A stretch of DNA of 59,312 nucleotides from Candidatus Falkowbacteria bacterium RIFOXYC2_FULL_36_12 (GTDB lineage Bacteria > Patescibacteriota > Patescibacteriia > UBA11705), in assembly GCA_001778235.1 (NCBI GenBank), contig MFGJ01000008.1:1-59312 (forward strand), given 5' to 3'. Below are positions 1 to 8,569 of the stretch, piece by piece; within the stretch, counting starts at the first letter, position 1, and the number at the start of each line of letters is the position of its first letter. The notes under the pieces were generated by a model. That model did no database searches. It saw only the letters and a list, made by a program, of their open reading frames with translations, and was not told the origin of the DNA. The position numbers and the translations under genes are program-made.

Positions 1-184
1 GTCTTGTCCTTAGCGAAGTCTTGACGCCGACTGCCTGTCTGCCGAAGCTCTTCAACAAGAGCGTAGGCAGAAGCTAAGGACCCATGATAAATTTATAATT
101 GTCTTGTCCTTAGCGAAGTCTTGACGCCGACTGCCTGTCTGCCGCAGCTCTTCAACAAGAGCGTAGGCAGAAGCTAAGGACCCA
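1..184. repeat. Two tandem copies (1-84 and 101-184, 100-nt period) of an 84-nt nested-palindrome element
   Basis: The copies are identical except nt 45 vs 145 (a/c). Complementary arms inside each copy: tccttagc/gctaagga, ctgcct/aggcag, gctctt/aagagc. The window edge may hide further copies. Confidence 0.9.
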
Positions 185-272
185 AAATCTAATATTTACG
201 ATGCTAACATTCTAGCTTATTTTTTCACCTTTGTCAACCCGCAAAATTACCTATAATTTTCAAAAGTTACAC

Positions 273-1355
273 TTAATACCTACCAACCAATTCTTTGACC
301 AATTTTGCATATTCTTCTCGAGCATCCTGTGGCATTGCATTATTAATATTTTCCCCCAATCCTAACAACTGATCTCTTTTCAACAACAAGCTTTCAATCA
401 TTCCTATAACATATTCCGGATCAAAATCCTCTTGTCTGACATAAACAATTGCCTGTTTTTTATAGAAATATTCAGCATTATCTTCTTGTTGATTATCTGG
501 AATAGGCATAATAATTGCTGGTTTTGATAATGCAGACAATTCTGTCAGAGTCGAAAATCCAGCCCGACCAAAAACAATATTTGCTACCACATAAGCATCT
601 GACAACTCTCGACCCAAAAATTCATAAGCATGATACCTATGATTATTTTTCAATTCAATATTGTTCAACCATTTAGATTGCTCACCTTTACCAACAACAT
701 GAATCACTTGGCAAAATTTTGTCAATTCTTTATTTTTATCAATAAATAATCCGTTTATTATTTCCGAGCCTACACCGCCTCCAACAATCAACAATGTCGG
801 AACATTGTTTTCCAATTTAAAATATTGTTTTGCTCTCTCAATATTTCCGGAAAAAACAACTTTTCTTGTCGGATTGCCCGTAACAACTACCTTTTCTCTT
901 GGAAATTTTTCTCTTAATTCTGGCAATGCGACAGTTATTTTTGATGCCACGGGAACCATTAATCTATTTGCCAAACCTATCTTCAAATCTTGCTGATGGA
1001 CCAAAACTCTTTTACCTAATATTCTGGCAGCATAAGCCACGGGGACACAAACAAAACTACCTGCAGTCAAAACTATCTCTGGATTAAATCGTACAATCAG
1101 CCACAAAGACTTTAGAAAACCAACAAAAATCAAAACCAAATCCGTAAAATTTCTCCAATCAAAATATCTTCGAAGCTTGCCACTTGGAATTGATTTGAAA
1201 TTTATTTTATTTTGTTCAACTATTTGTTTTTCTGGACCTCTCTTTGTCCCGATGAATAAAAATTGTACATCAGGCTCAAAACTCAATTCTTCTTTTACCG
1301 CAATTAGAGGGCTGACCGACCCCATTGTCCCACCGCCTGTTAATAATATTTTCAT
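273..1355 (-). CDS. murG: MurG, undecaprenyl-PP-MurNAc-pentapeptide GlcNAc transferase
   Basis: N-terminal MKILLTGGGTMGSVSPLIAV (G-loop). C-terminal GRAGFSTLTELSALSKPAIIMPIP...QQEDNAEYF matches the MurG donor-binding region. Start moved to the ATG at 1355 (MKILL); the track ORF extends to 1415 into comFC. Confidence 0.85.
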   Translation of the reverse strand: MKILLTGGGTMGSVSPLIAVKEELSFEPDVQFLFIGTKRGPEKQIVEQNKINFKSIPSGKLRRYFDWRNFTDLVLIFVGFLKSLWLIVRFNPEIVLTAGSFVCVPVAYAARILGKRVLVHQQDLKIGLANRLMVPVASKITVALPELREKFPREKVVVTGNPTRKVVFSGNIERAKQYFKLENNVPTLLIVGGGVGSEIINGLFIDKNKELTKFCQVIHVVGKGEQSKWLNNIELKNNHRYHAYEFLGRELSDAYVVANIVFGRAGFSTLTELSALSKPAIIMPIPDNQQEDNAEYFYKKQAIVYVRQEDFDPEYVIGMIESLLLKRDQLLGLGENINNAMPQDAREEYAKLVKELVGRY

Positions 1356-1357
1356 AA

Positions 1358-2050
1358 TTATCCGTGCGCAACAGCAGCTACAATTATTTTTCCTGCACCG
1401 GCCATTTTCAGACACTCTGCTGCGGAATCAAATGTAGCACCAGTTGTTATAACATCATCAATTAAAATTATTGTCTTGTTTTTTATTAACTCTGGTTCAT
1501 TACAAACAAATGCTTGTTGCAGATTTTCAATTCTCTCATTTCTAATTAACTTTGCTTGTTGTTTTGTGTTTTTACATCTGATTAATGCCTTTTCACGATA
1601 ATCAACACACAGATTTTCAGCCACATACTTGGCAATCAAGGCACTTTGATTAAAACCTCGTTCAAGCAATCTTTTTTTGTGCAAGGCAATCGGGATGCAA
1701 ACAACATTTTCTACTAACCTATATTTTTCCAATCTTACCACCAACAAATTAGCCAATTCCTTAGCTAATTCTTCTATAAAATCATATTTTAACTTATGAA
1801 TAACCGTCTCAATCATTTGCCCTTTATATCGACAAACAGCCACAGCTGAATTGAAACTACTTGATTTCTGACAAACATCGCACACTCCATCTTCAGCTGT
1901 ATTTTGATTGCAAATTAAACAAATATTTTCATTAATCATTATTACCTTTTTCTGGCAATCATTACACCAAATCTCTCCATCTTTCCCACAAACCAAACAC
2001 TCTCGAGGAAACAAAATATCAGCAAAAAAAGTTTTTAATCTCTGTAACAT
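1358..2050 (-). CDS. comFC: ComF-family phosphoribosyltransferase-fold protein (ComFC-like)
   Basis: N-terminal CxxC pairs (CLVCG...CNDCQ, CLICN...CDVCQ) plus the PRTase motif IILIDDVITTGATF. Alternative start at 2068 would overlap the upstream gene by 17 nt. Confidence 0.8.
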   Translation of the reverse strand: MLQRLKTFFADILFPRECLVCGKDGEIWCNDCQKKVIMINENICLICNQNTAEDGVCDVCQKSSSFNSAVAVCRYKGQMIETVIHKLKYDFIEELAKELANLLVVRLEKYRLVENVVCIPIALHKKRLLERGFNQSALIAKYVAENLCVDYREKALIRCKNTKQQAKLIRNERIENLQQAFVCNEPELIKNKTIILIDDVITTGATFDSAAECLKMAGAGKIIVAAVAHG

Positions 2051-2051
2051 T

Positions 2052-2624
2052 TTATTCCCAATAAACACTTGAGATCAACCATTTATCATTTTCTTTATTA
2101 AATTTCACCCTAACTCCTTGTTCAACCGTCACATCAGTCGCAGTTGGATTGGCCTTTTTATTCCTCTTGGTTTTTACTAATATTTCAGCCGTATTTTCAT
2201 TATAATCCACGAATTCCGCAGAAACCACCGTAGTAACCACCGCATAATAAGCATTATTTTTTGAATATTCCGAATTCAAACTTTGAAGATAATTATTATT
2301 AACCCATGACTCAAACCCATCAGTCATCATCAACCGTATATCTGCAAAAACTTCATTTGAAGACAATAAATCAGCCGAATAAGTACCAAATCTAGCTGTA
2401 AAATCTTTCGCTTGATTTATGAGCGCATTTTGTGTCTTCTCATTTTCAGATAATGCTGGCGCATCATATTCCAAAGTTCGGCTGGTCACAGCTTGCTCTG
2501 AAGATGAGTCATCAATTTTTAATTTGTTTGTTTGATCACGAAAAATTAACAACCATAACATAGAGATGATAACAATCAATCCGACCAACAACAATATTAA
2601 TATTTTATGTCCTCTTGTAAGCAT
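2052..2624 (-). CDS. Membrane-anchored 190-aa protein; candidate VirB8/TcpC-like (NTF2-like) component
   Basis: One N-terminal TM (ILILLLVGLIVIISMLWLLIF) followed by a ~150-aa alpha/beta-looking domain. Lies directly downstream of virB4. The family call rests only on architecture and context. Confidence 0.35.
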   Translation of the reverse strand: MLTRGHKILILLLVGLIVIISMLWLLIFRDQTNKLKIDDSSSEQAVTSRTLEYDAPALSENEKTQNALINQAKDFTARFGTYSADLLSSNEVFADIRLMMTDGFESWVNNNYLQSLNSEYSKNNAYYAVVTTVVSAEFVDYNENTAEILVKTKRNKKANPTATDVTVEQGVRVKFNKENDKWLISSVYWE

Positions 2625-2665
2625 ATTTTTCTATTTATTATTTTCATTACAAAATTAACGCAAGT

Positions 2666-4549
2666 TTATGCCTCACTAGCTTCTTCTGCCTGTTTCTTTT
2701 TTTGTTTCTCCATTTCCAACAATTGTTTTGGATCAGAAGTAATAATCGAATCTTCAAGACCAGAGGCCACAACCTTTATTGCCACATGCTTATCTCCGGC
2801 GAAAAAAATTCCTTCACCAACATTACTTTCAAGCAATAAATACTTCTCGCCTTTAGTCAAATCAAATGTTTTCGATACAATATCAACCGACGACACTGAT
2901 TGTCTCATTAATATTTTCAAAGCTGAATTATTTACAATACCAGGACCATATTTTGAACCAAGAAAATCATTTACATCCTGTGTAATCGTAGTCACACCTA
3001 AATAATATTTTCTACCTCGTTTTACCAGACCGTGAAGAAATCTTGCTGAATCATCGTTCATCATCAGCCACCAAGCTTCATCAACCACCAAAATTCTTTT
3101 CTTCAATTCTGATCTCACAACATTCCAAACATAATTTACAATATTATAAATTGCCATTGCTCGAAGCTCATCTTCAAGGTCTCTGACACTATAAATCACC
3201 AACTGATTACTCATATCAACATTGGTTGGAGCATTAAACAACCCAGAAAATGTTCCAGAAGTAAATTTTTTCAACCGTAGAGCAATATCAGCACCGCCTT
3301 CCATACCATCCAAAACCTGATATAAATCTTCCATCAGTGGTGGTTCAATCTTGGCTAAATCACTTTCTGGAGTAATATCTTTTTTAGCATAAGTTTCAAT
3401 CAAAGCCCGATCAATTACTGTATCTTCCTGAAAGGTCCATTCACCAATCATTAATTTCAACAAGCCCTTGATATTAATTACCGCACTTCGAATAATATCT
3501 TCAACCGAAGTACTGTCACCAACCGCTCTTGGCAGATCAAATGGGTTAATTTTACTCTCGGAATTTAATGAAATATTGACAAAAGTCCCACCAACAGCAT
3601 CAGATAAAAGTTTATATTCTTTTTCCGGATCAATAATAATCACATCCGTTCCCATCATCATTGACCGCAACACTTCCAATTTTATTGTATAACTTTTACC
3701 AGCACCTGAAGTTGCGAAAACCGTACAATTAGCATTTTGCAATGAAAAACGATCAAAAATTATCAAACTATTATTATGCCGATTTATACCATACAAAATA
3801 CCATTATCAGAGGTCAAATCAGATGAAATAAACGGAAAGGAAGAAGCAATTGGCGAAGAATTCAAATTAGCCGTTATCATCAACTCATCATTTCCGATTG
3901 GAACGGTTGAATTAAACCCTTGTTCTGCTTGATAAAAAACTCTTTTCGTATAAACCATTCTTGAGCCAAACACAGATTCAACATCTTCTGTCAGCTTATC
4001 AAGATCTTCTTCTGTCTTGGCATACAAAGTAGTATACAGAGCAAATTGAAAAAATTTTTCCACACCTTGAGTCAAATCATCTCGAAGTTGTTCAATATCT
4101 TGCAAGGCAGTTTGTCTAAGTGGATCTCTTGGTTTACCATCTTCAGCATCACTTGAAAGCTGTGCTTGCAAAACACCCACTTTATTTTTTAACTGTTTTA
4201 ATACCAATTCTGATTCCATTGGATAAAAGAACATCCCAATATCCAAAGATGAATTATAATTAATTATCGGAGCAAACCAGCCAACAGATATATAGCGAGG
4301 ATAAGCCATAACAAACAAGGTCCGAGCGTACAGCCCACCAATTTTTACAAAAGATGGTTTAATATCAAAAGCCGCCGGAGCAATCAAATCCAAAACCGAG
4401 ACTACCCCTTGTCTGTAAACTTTTTCCTGTTCAATAATTTGTGTTGACTGCGCAGTTTCTTGCTCAATCTGCTTCTCTTCTTCAATTTCGGTCAATGTTG
4501 GCTCAACCGGCTTTTCTGGGCCACGAAGAGCTTGATCAGGTTTAAACAT
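2666..4549 (-). CDS. virB4: VirB4/TrbE-type type IV secretion ATPase
   Basis: Walker A FATSGAGKSYTIK, Walker B RILVVDEAWWLM, downstream GVTTITQDVNDF. The N-terminal part LIAPAAFDIKPSFVKIGGLYARTLFVMAYPRYISVGW resembles Gram-positive-type VirB4. Confidence 0.8.
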   Translation of the reverse strand: MFKPDQALRGPEKPVEPTLTEIEEEKQIEQETAQSTQIIEQEKVYRQGVVSVLDLIAPAAFDIKPSFVKIGGLYARTLFVMAYPRYISVGWFAPIINYNSSLDIGMFFYPMESELVLKQLKNKVGVLQAQLSSDAEDGKPRDPLRQTALQDIEQLRDDLTQGVEKFFQFALYTTLYAKTEEDLDKLTEDVESVFGSRMVYTKRVFYQAEQGFNSTVPIGNDELMITANLNSSPIASSFPFISSDLTSDNGILYGINRHNNSLIIFDRFSLQNANCTVFATSGAGKSYTIKLEVLRSMMMGTDVIIIDPEKEYKLLSDAVGGTFVNISLNSESKINPFDLPRAVGDSTSVEDIIRSAVINIKGLLKLMIGEWTFQEDTVIDRALIETYAKKDITPESDLAKIEPPLMEDLYQVLDGMEGGADIALRLKKFTSGTFSGLFNAPTNVDMSNQLVIYSVRDLEDELRAMAIYNIVNYVWNVVRSELKKRILVVDEAWWLMMNDDSARFLHGLVKRGRKYYLGVTTITQDVNDFLGSKYGPGIVNNSALKILMRQSVSSVDIVSKTFDLTKGEKYLLLESNVGEGIFFAGDKHVAIKVVASGLEDSIITSDPKQLLEMEKQKKKQAEEASEA

Positions 4550-4561
4550 ATTTTATTTTTA

Positions 4562-5281
4562 TTATTCTTCTAAACGAAGCTTATCTACTTGTTGAATTTT
4601 TTGTTTTACTGAAACTTCCGGATTATAAACATTATAATACAATTCAATCAAACTCTGGGTATCGAGGCGACCTACCTCGAGCCCCATTTCACCAATATGA
4701 GTCTTCACATGTTCCACTCGCTGATTCAATGAATAAGAATACTTATCAAATTTTTTCTGATTTAATTTTATTACCTGCCCAGGAGTGAAAAGAGAACCAA
4801 GCCTTGACCAAAAACCTCTTGATTTATCTTCAAAGGGTGTATATGGCACCACTACAAAAAAACTCTTATTCATTATATCACCCAAGTCAACCAATTCTTG
4901 TATGTATGCCTGATAATTTACCATCTGTCGTCGAAGTAATTCATTACCGATTTCTGATTCTTGCGTTTTCAGCTTGGCAACATAATTTGATATATCCAAC
5001 TTCCTTGACTGAATTACAATTTGTATTGGGAAATCAAGAAAATTCAAAAACCTAACATAAGTTGACACAACCGCTTCCTGCTCATCTTCTGATTTCAAAG
5101 CAAAATTCAAACTTGAAACCATCATCACAGCACGCAAGGTTCCATCCTTCATTATCACAGTATCATTTTTTATTTCAGCAATATCCAGAAACAATTGTGT
5201 TGATTGAGTTATTTTATTTTTTGCCAGTGTTTTACTCTGCATCTCATTAATTTTCTTTTGTGATTTTGCTTTCTTGGCCAT
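4562..5281 (-). CDS. 239-aa protein resembling the extreme N-terminal module of VirB4/TrbE ATPases
   Basis: Segment LFLDIAEIKNDTVIMKDGTLRAVMMVSSLNFALKSEDEQEAVVSTYVRFLNFLDFPIQIVI recalls, from memory, the start of Tn916 Orf16/TrbE-like VirB4 proteins. Sits 12 nt upstream of virB4. No TM. Confidence 0.35.
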   Translation of the reverse strand: MAKKAKSQKKINEMQSKTLAKNKITQSTQLFLDIAEIKNDTVIMKDGTLRAVMMVSSLNFALKSEDEQEAVVSTYVRFLNFLDFPIQIVIQSRKLDISNYVAKLKTQESEIGNELLRRQMVNYQAYIQELVDLGDIMNKSFFVVVPYTPFEDKSRGFWSRLGSLFTPGQVIKLNQKKFDKYSYSLNQRVEHVKTHIGEMGLEVGRLDTQSLIELYYNVYNPEVSVKQKIQQVDKLRLEE

Positions 5282-5310
5282 ATTGAAAAATTAAATTTCT
5301 GTATTTTTGT

Positions 5311-5339
5311 TTTATATAAATTATATAATTCTCTGTCAA
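5311..5339 (-). promoter_or_regulatory. Sigma70-type promoter for the 4562-5281/virB4 sub-operon
   Basis: Minus strand reads TTGACA (5339-5334), a 17-nt spacer, then TATAAA (5316-5311), inside the only sizeable gap (70 nt) of the gene block. Confidence 0.5.
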
Positions 5340-5351
5340 ATATTTTTGCTA

Positions 5352-5873
5352 CTATACTTTTTTCTGATTTAGATCATCCATTATTCGAGCTTTATCATCT
5401 ATCTTGCCCTTATCTTCCAGGAATAGATCACTATCTTCATAATAATCATCTTCCCCCTTATAAACACCTCCAGTATTAATAATCAAAGCCATATCTTGCA
5501 ATCTTGAACCTGAAACTGATTTTTTCAGAGGCTTTATTTCAACCACACCACCTTTTTCATCCTTAATCTCTTGAACCTTTTTTACATAAGATTCTTTGTT
5601 CCAAATTCTGATTTTTGGTCTTTTGAATGTTTGAAAAAAATTCAACAAGAAAAAATGTACTGGCCTACCATTTATTCGCACAAAAGCCAATGAAGCAGCT
5701 AGACCAAAAGTTACTAGAGCAATCGGTACAAAAAACACGAAGCTTAGCAATTTATATTCAAGCGCCCCAATCAATAATGCTGATATCATAATCACAAACT
5801 GACGCACAGTGATAAAAGCAAAAATCTTATCTTCAACTTCAATAAATTGTGGGACTAGAAATTGAGTTGGCAT
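5352..5873 (-). CDS. PrgI-family / VirB3-like small membrane protein
   Basis: N-terminus MPTQFLVPQFIEVEDKIFAFITVRQFVIM followed by two TM helices and RINGRPVHFFLLNFFQTFKRPKIRIW. This is the PrgI-family layout as I remember it. Sits in a virB4 cluster. Confidence 0.6.
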   Translation of the reverse strand: MPTQFLVPQFIEVEDKIFAFITVRQFVIMISALLIGALEYKLLSFVFFVPIALVTFGLAASLAFVRINGRPVHFFLLNFFQTFKRPKIRIWNKESYVKKVQEIKDEKGGVVEIKPLKKSVSGSRLQDMALIINTGGVYKGEDDYYEDSDLFLEDKGKIDDKARIMDDLNQKKV

Positions 5874-5875
5874 AT

Positions 5876-7063
5876 TTAAATTTCAAAATTTTTATTAAAC
5901 CCCAATACTTCATCAAACTCGCTCAAAGTTAAAACTGGTTGATTTTTTACTTGACGATCAACAATAATTTGATCCAAAGATTTATTAGTCAAAATACTTT
6001 GGAGCCCCATTTCTGTGTACAATTTATGAACTTCAGACTCTCTCCAAGCTTTCAAACCATCAACACCTTTTTTCCAAGAATCTTCCTGCAAAACTGCAAT
6101 TTTTTCTTTTACTTCTTCCATCATCTCATTAGCATCCCGACCCAAGCGACGAAAATCTTCGAGTGTCATTTGCCGTAACTCTTCTAATGGACCTACCAGC
6201 TGTGGCTTATATTTTACCTCTTTTTCTTTTATTTGGGCTGGTTGGATTAACGGTTGCAAACTAGGAATAGCTTCTTTTTTCAAACCAATTTCCTGTTTTT
6301 GTGATTGTTGACTATTTTGTCCATGACTCAAAATCAAATTTTGAGCTGAAACATTGGCCTTTTCACCAGCAATCAAACGATCAAGCATTTCTTTACCTTT
6401 ATTTTCAACTGGTTTTACAACTGGCTTTTCTTCAACTGGTTTTACAACTGTCGTTGGCTTAATCTCTACTGGTTTTGCAACTATTACTTTTTTATTAGGA
6501 ATAAAACTTTTATGGATTGCAAGCAATTCTTCTTTTTTCATTTCTGGAACTTTCTTTTCTTCTTTTTTTACTTCAATTTTTCGAACAGCAACATTTTGCT
6601 TTTTTTCAACTAATTTTTCATTATTTTGTGGCAAAACATTTCTATTTCCATCAGTAAATTTTGACGCATGTTTCTTTATTACCGCTAGCACCACATCAGC
6701 TTTTCTTTCATCCAGTCCCATACCACCATCAGTCTTGTCCGTCATTAACATATACTTTACTTCTTTATCTCCACGAACTTCACGAAATCTGGAACCAACC
6801 ACGCTAAAAAACCTTCTTTTCATTTCTTCCTCTGTAAAACTGATTTTGAGCTCTGACACCACCGCTTCAACCGCTTTATTTACAACCACATCTCTTTCAG
6901 ACAAAACTCTATTAGGAATATTTTGTTTATCTGTTTTTTCAACCTTGTTAGCAGGTTTTTTACCAGCATCAATTTCATCAATATCAAAATATTGGCCATC
7001 TTTATAATATTTAAGATTACCATCCTTATCTTTAACCAAAATGTAATCATCTTTGTTTGACAT
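5876..7063 (-). CDS. Hypothetical 395-aa K/E/P/V-rich protein in the T4SS-like block
   Basis: Long ORF 2 nt from the next gene. Central low-complexity KPVEIKPTTVVKPVEEKPVVKPVENK; no TM; no recognisable motif. Confidence 0.6.
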   Translation of the reverse strand: MSNKDDYILVKDKDGNLKYYKDGQYFDIDEIDAGKKPANKVEKTDKQNIPNRVLSERDVVVNKAVEAVVSELKISFTEEEMKRRFFSVVGSRFREVRGDKEVKYMLMTDKTDGGMGLDERKADVVLAVIKKHASKFTDGNRNVLPQNNEKLVEKKQNVAVRKIEVKKEEKKVPEMKKEELLAIHKSFIPNKKVIVAKPVEIKPTTVVKPVEEKPVVKPVENKGKEMLDRLIAGEKANVSAQNLILSHGQNSQQSQKQEIGLKKEAIPSLQPLIQPAQIKEKEVKYKPQLVGPLEELRQMTLEDFRRLGRDANEMMEEVKEKIAVLQEDSWKKGVDGLKAWRESEVHKLYTEMGLQSILTNKSLDQIIVDRQVKNQPVLTLSEFDEVLGFNKNFEI

Positions 7064-7066
7064 AAT

Positions 7067-8566
7067 TTACAACCACTTAAATACTTTATTTTCTACATCA
7101 AAGTAAGCTAAATGTGACAAATCCATCTTGCCTTGATTGCGGAAAATATTACTGAAATGCACTGCCACTCTGGCAGATTGGCTTTCACCCAATCCCAATC
7201 TTTCTAGCAAAATATATTTTATAAAATATTTCAAAAACTTTGGATCAGATTTATCCATTTCAAACTCCTTTGCTTCTGCTTTCAAGTTATTCCGCTTGAA
7301 ATATGATTGCATCAATTCCTGGAAAGTTTTCTCTCTAATTAAAATATCATCAATTAATCCGGCTTCAATCACCAATTGCAAACAGGCCAAGATCTCAACT
7401 TTATTTCTTTCTAATATACGATCATAAAAATAATTTACCAATTTATCATATTCTTTTCTTGTTTGCTCAACAATTTTTTCAGTTGCCTGTTCCAAAGCTT
7501 GTCTCTCCGATTCATTGCCAAGATACATTTCTTCTAGGTTCTTTGTTTTTTTCACCACTCCACCTTCAGTTGTACCATTTTCATCTTTTGGTTCATATTT
7601 AGCTATAAAATCCTGTTGTTCTTTCTCTGTAAATGGGAATATCTGAATCTCATCCAATTTTAATCTTTTGGAGTTATAATAAAAATTCTTCAAATTTTCA
7701 TACAAATCAAACACTCTATCAATCACAGCTCGTTCATCTTCACCGAGAGCATTTATATTCTTATTATTATTATAATATTCTGCTTTTTGCATTGTTGTTA
7801 TCCGATCACTTTCAGCCACCTTTATTTCTGTTGAAAAATTTTTCAGCCAATTGCCGATAGTTGGTTCAATCATTTCTCCTTTTTGTTCAATTGGTTTTTC
7901 CGTGATTTTTTGTTTATTCGCGAAAAGCGCATTAATCAATTGTGGTTGATAAGCCTGATCGGTGAGTAGCAGTGTGGTAATAATAATATTAAAATCTATT
8001 CTCATCAACAGCTGGTCAGTCGTCAACACCTCCAGAGCTCTTTCCCTCAAAATCTGCACCATTTCTTTTATTTCATCTTCAGGTTTACCGATTTCAAGTT
8101 CCTGGGCTCGATCAGTAATGTCAATATCTACCTTTTTCACACTCTCTTCATCTTCAACATTTTCTGATGTTGCTTTTGCTTCATTAGCTAATTCATCTTC
8201 ATAGCTTCGTATGTTTTTTGAATAAACTGCTGAATCAATTCCCAAAGTTTTCAAGATTTCACTGACCTTACCCTCAAAATAGTCATCAACAATCAGCAAT
8301 CGTAAACCAAGCAAATCAATTAAAAATTCTTTGGCTTCAATCTGATCCATATTCAATCTTTTACTGATTTCTGACTGCAAATTATCCAAAGGAATTTGCT
8401 TCAAAAAAACTTCGGTTAGCACCTTTGTTGCTTCCTGCATTTGCGACAGAGTTAAAAAATATTTATCCGCTATCTCAACCGAAAAATTTACTCCTGTTTG
8501 AGATAAGAAATATTTTTTTACTTCTTCTGGCAACGCATTAATTTTGTCATTGATAGTTTGATCCAT
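7067..8566 (-). CDS. Hypothetical 499-aa soluble protein in the T4SS-like block
   Basis: Long ORF with 3-nt gaps to both neighbours. Acidic and helical-looking; no motif I can name. Confidence 0.6.
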   Translation of the reverse strand: MDQTINDKINALPEEVKKYFLSQTGVNFSVEIADKYFLTLSQMQEATKVLTEVFLKQIPLDNLQSEISKRLNMDQIEAKEFLIDLLGLRLLIVDDYFEGKVSEILKTLGIDSAVYSKNIRSYEDELANEAKATSENVEDEESVKKVDIDITDRAQELEIGKPEDEIKEMVQILRERALEVLTTDQLLMRIDFNIIITTLLLTDQAYQPQLINALFANKQKITEKPIEQKGEMIEPTIGNWLKNFSTEIKVAESDRITTMQKAEYYNNNKNINALGEDERAVIDRVFDLYENLKNFYYNSKRLKLDEIQIFPFTEKEQQDFIAKYEPKDENGTTEGGVVKKTKNLEEMYLGNESERQALEQATEKIVEQTRKEYDKLVNYFYDRILERNKVEILACLQLVIEAGLIDDILIREKTFQELMQSYFKRNNLKAEAKEFEMDKSDPKFLKYFIKYILLERLGLGESQSARVAVHFSNIFRNQGKMDLSHLAYFDVENKVFKWL

Positions 8567-8569
8567 AGA

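Noticed and set aside
6354-7007. 217-aa plus-strand ORF
   Set aside because: It is antisense to 5876-7063. Its S/F/T-rich low-complexity product mirrors the K/E-rich sense gene, and the sense gene is supported by tight operon packing.
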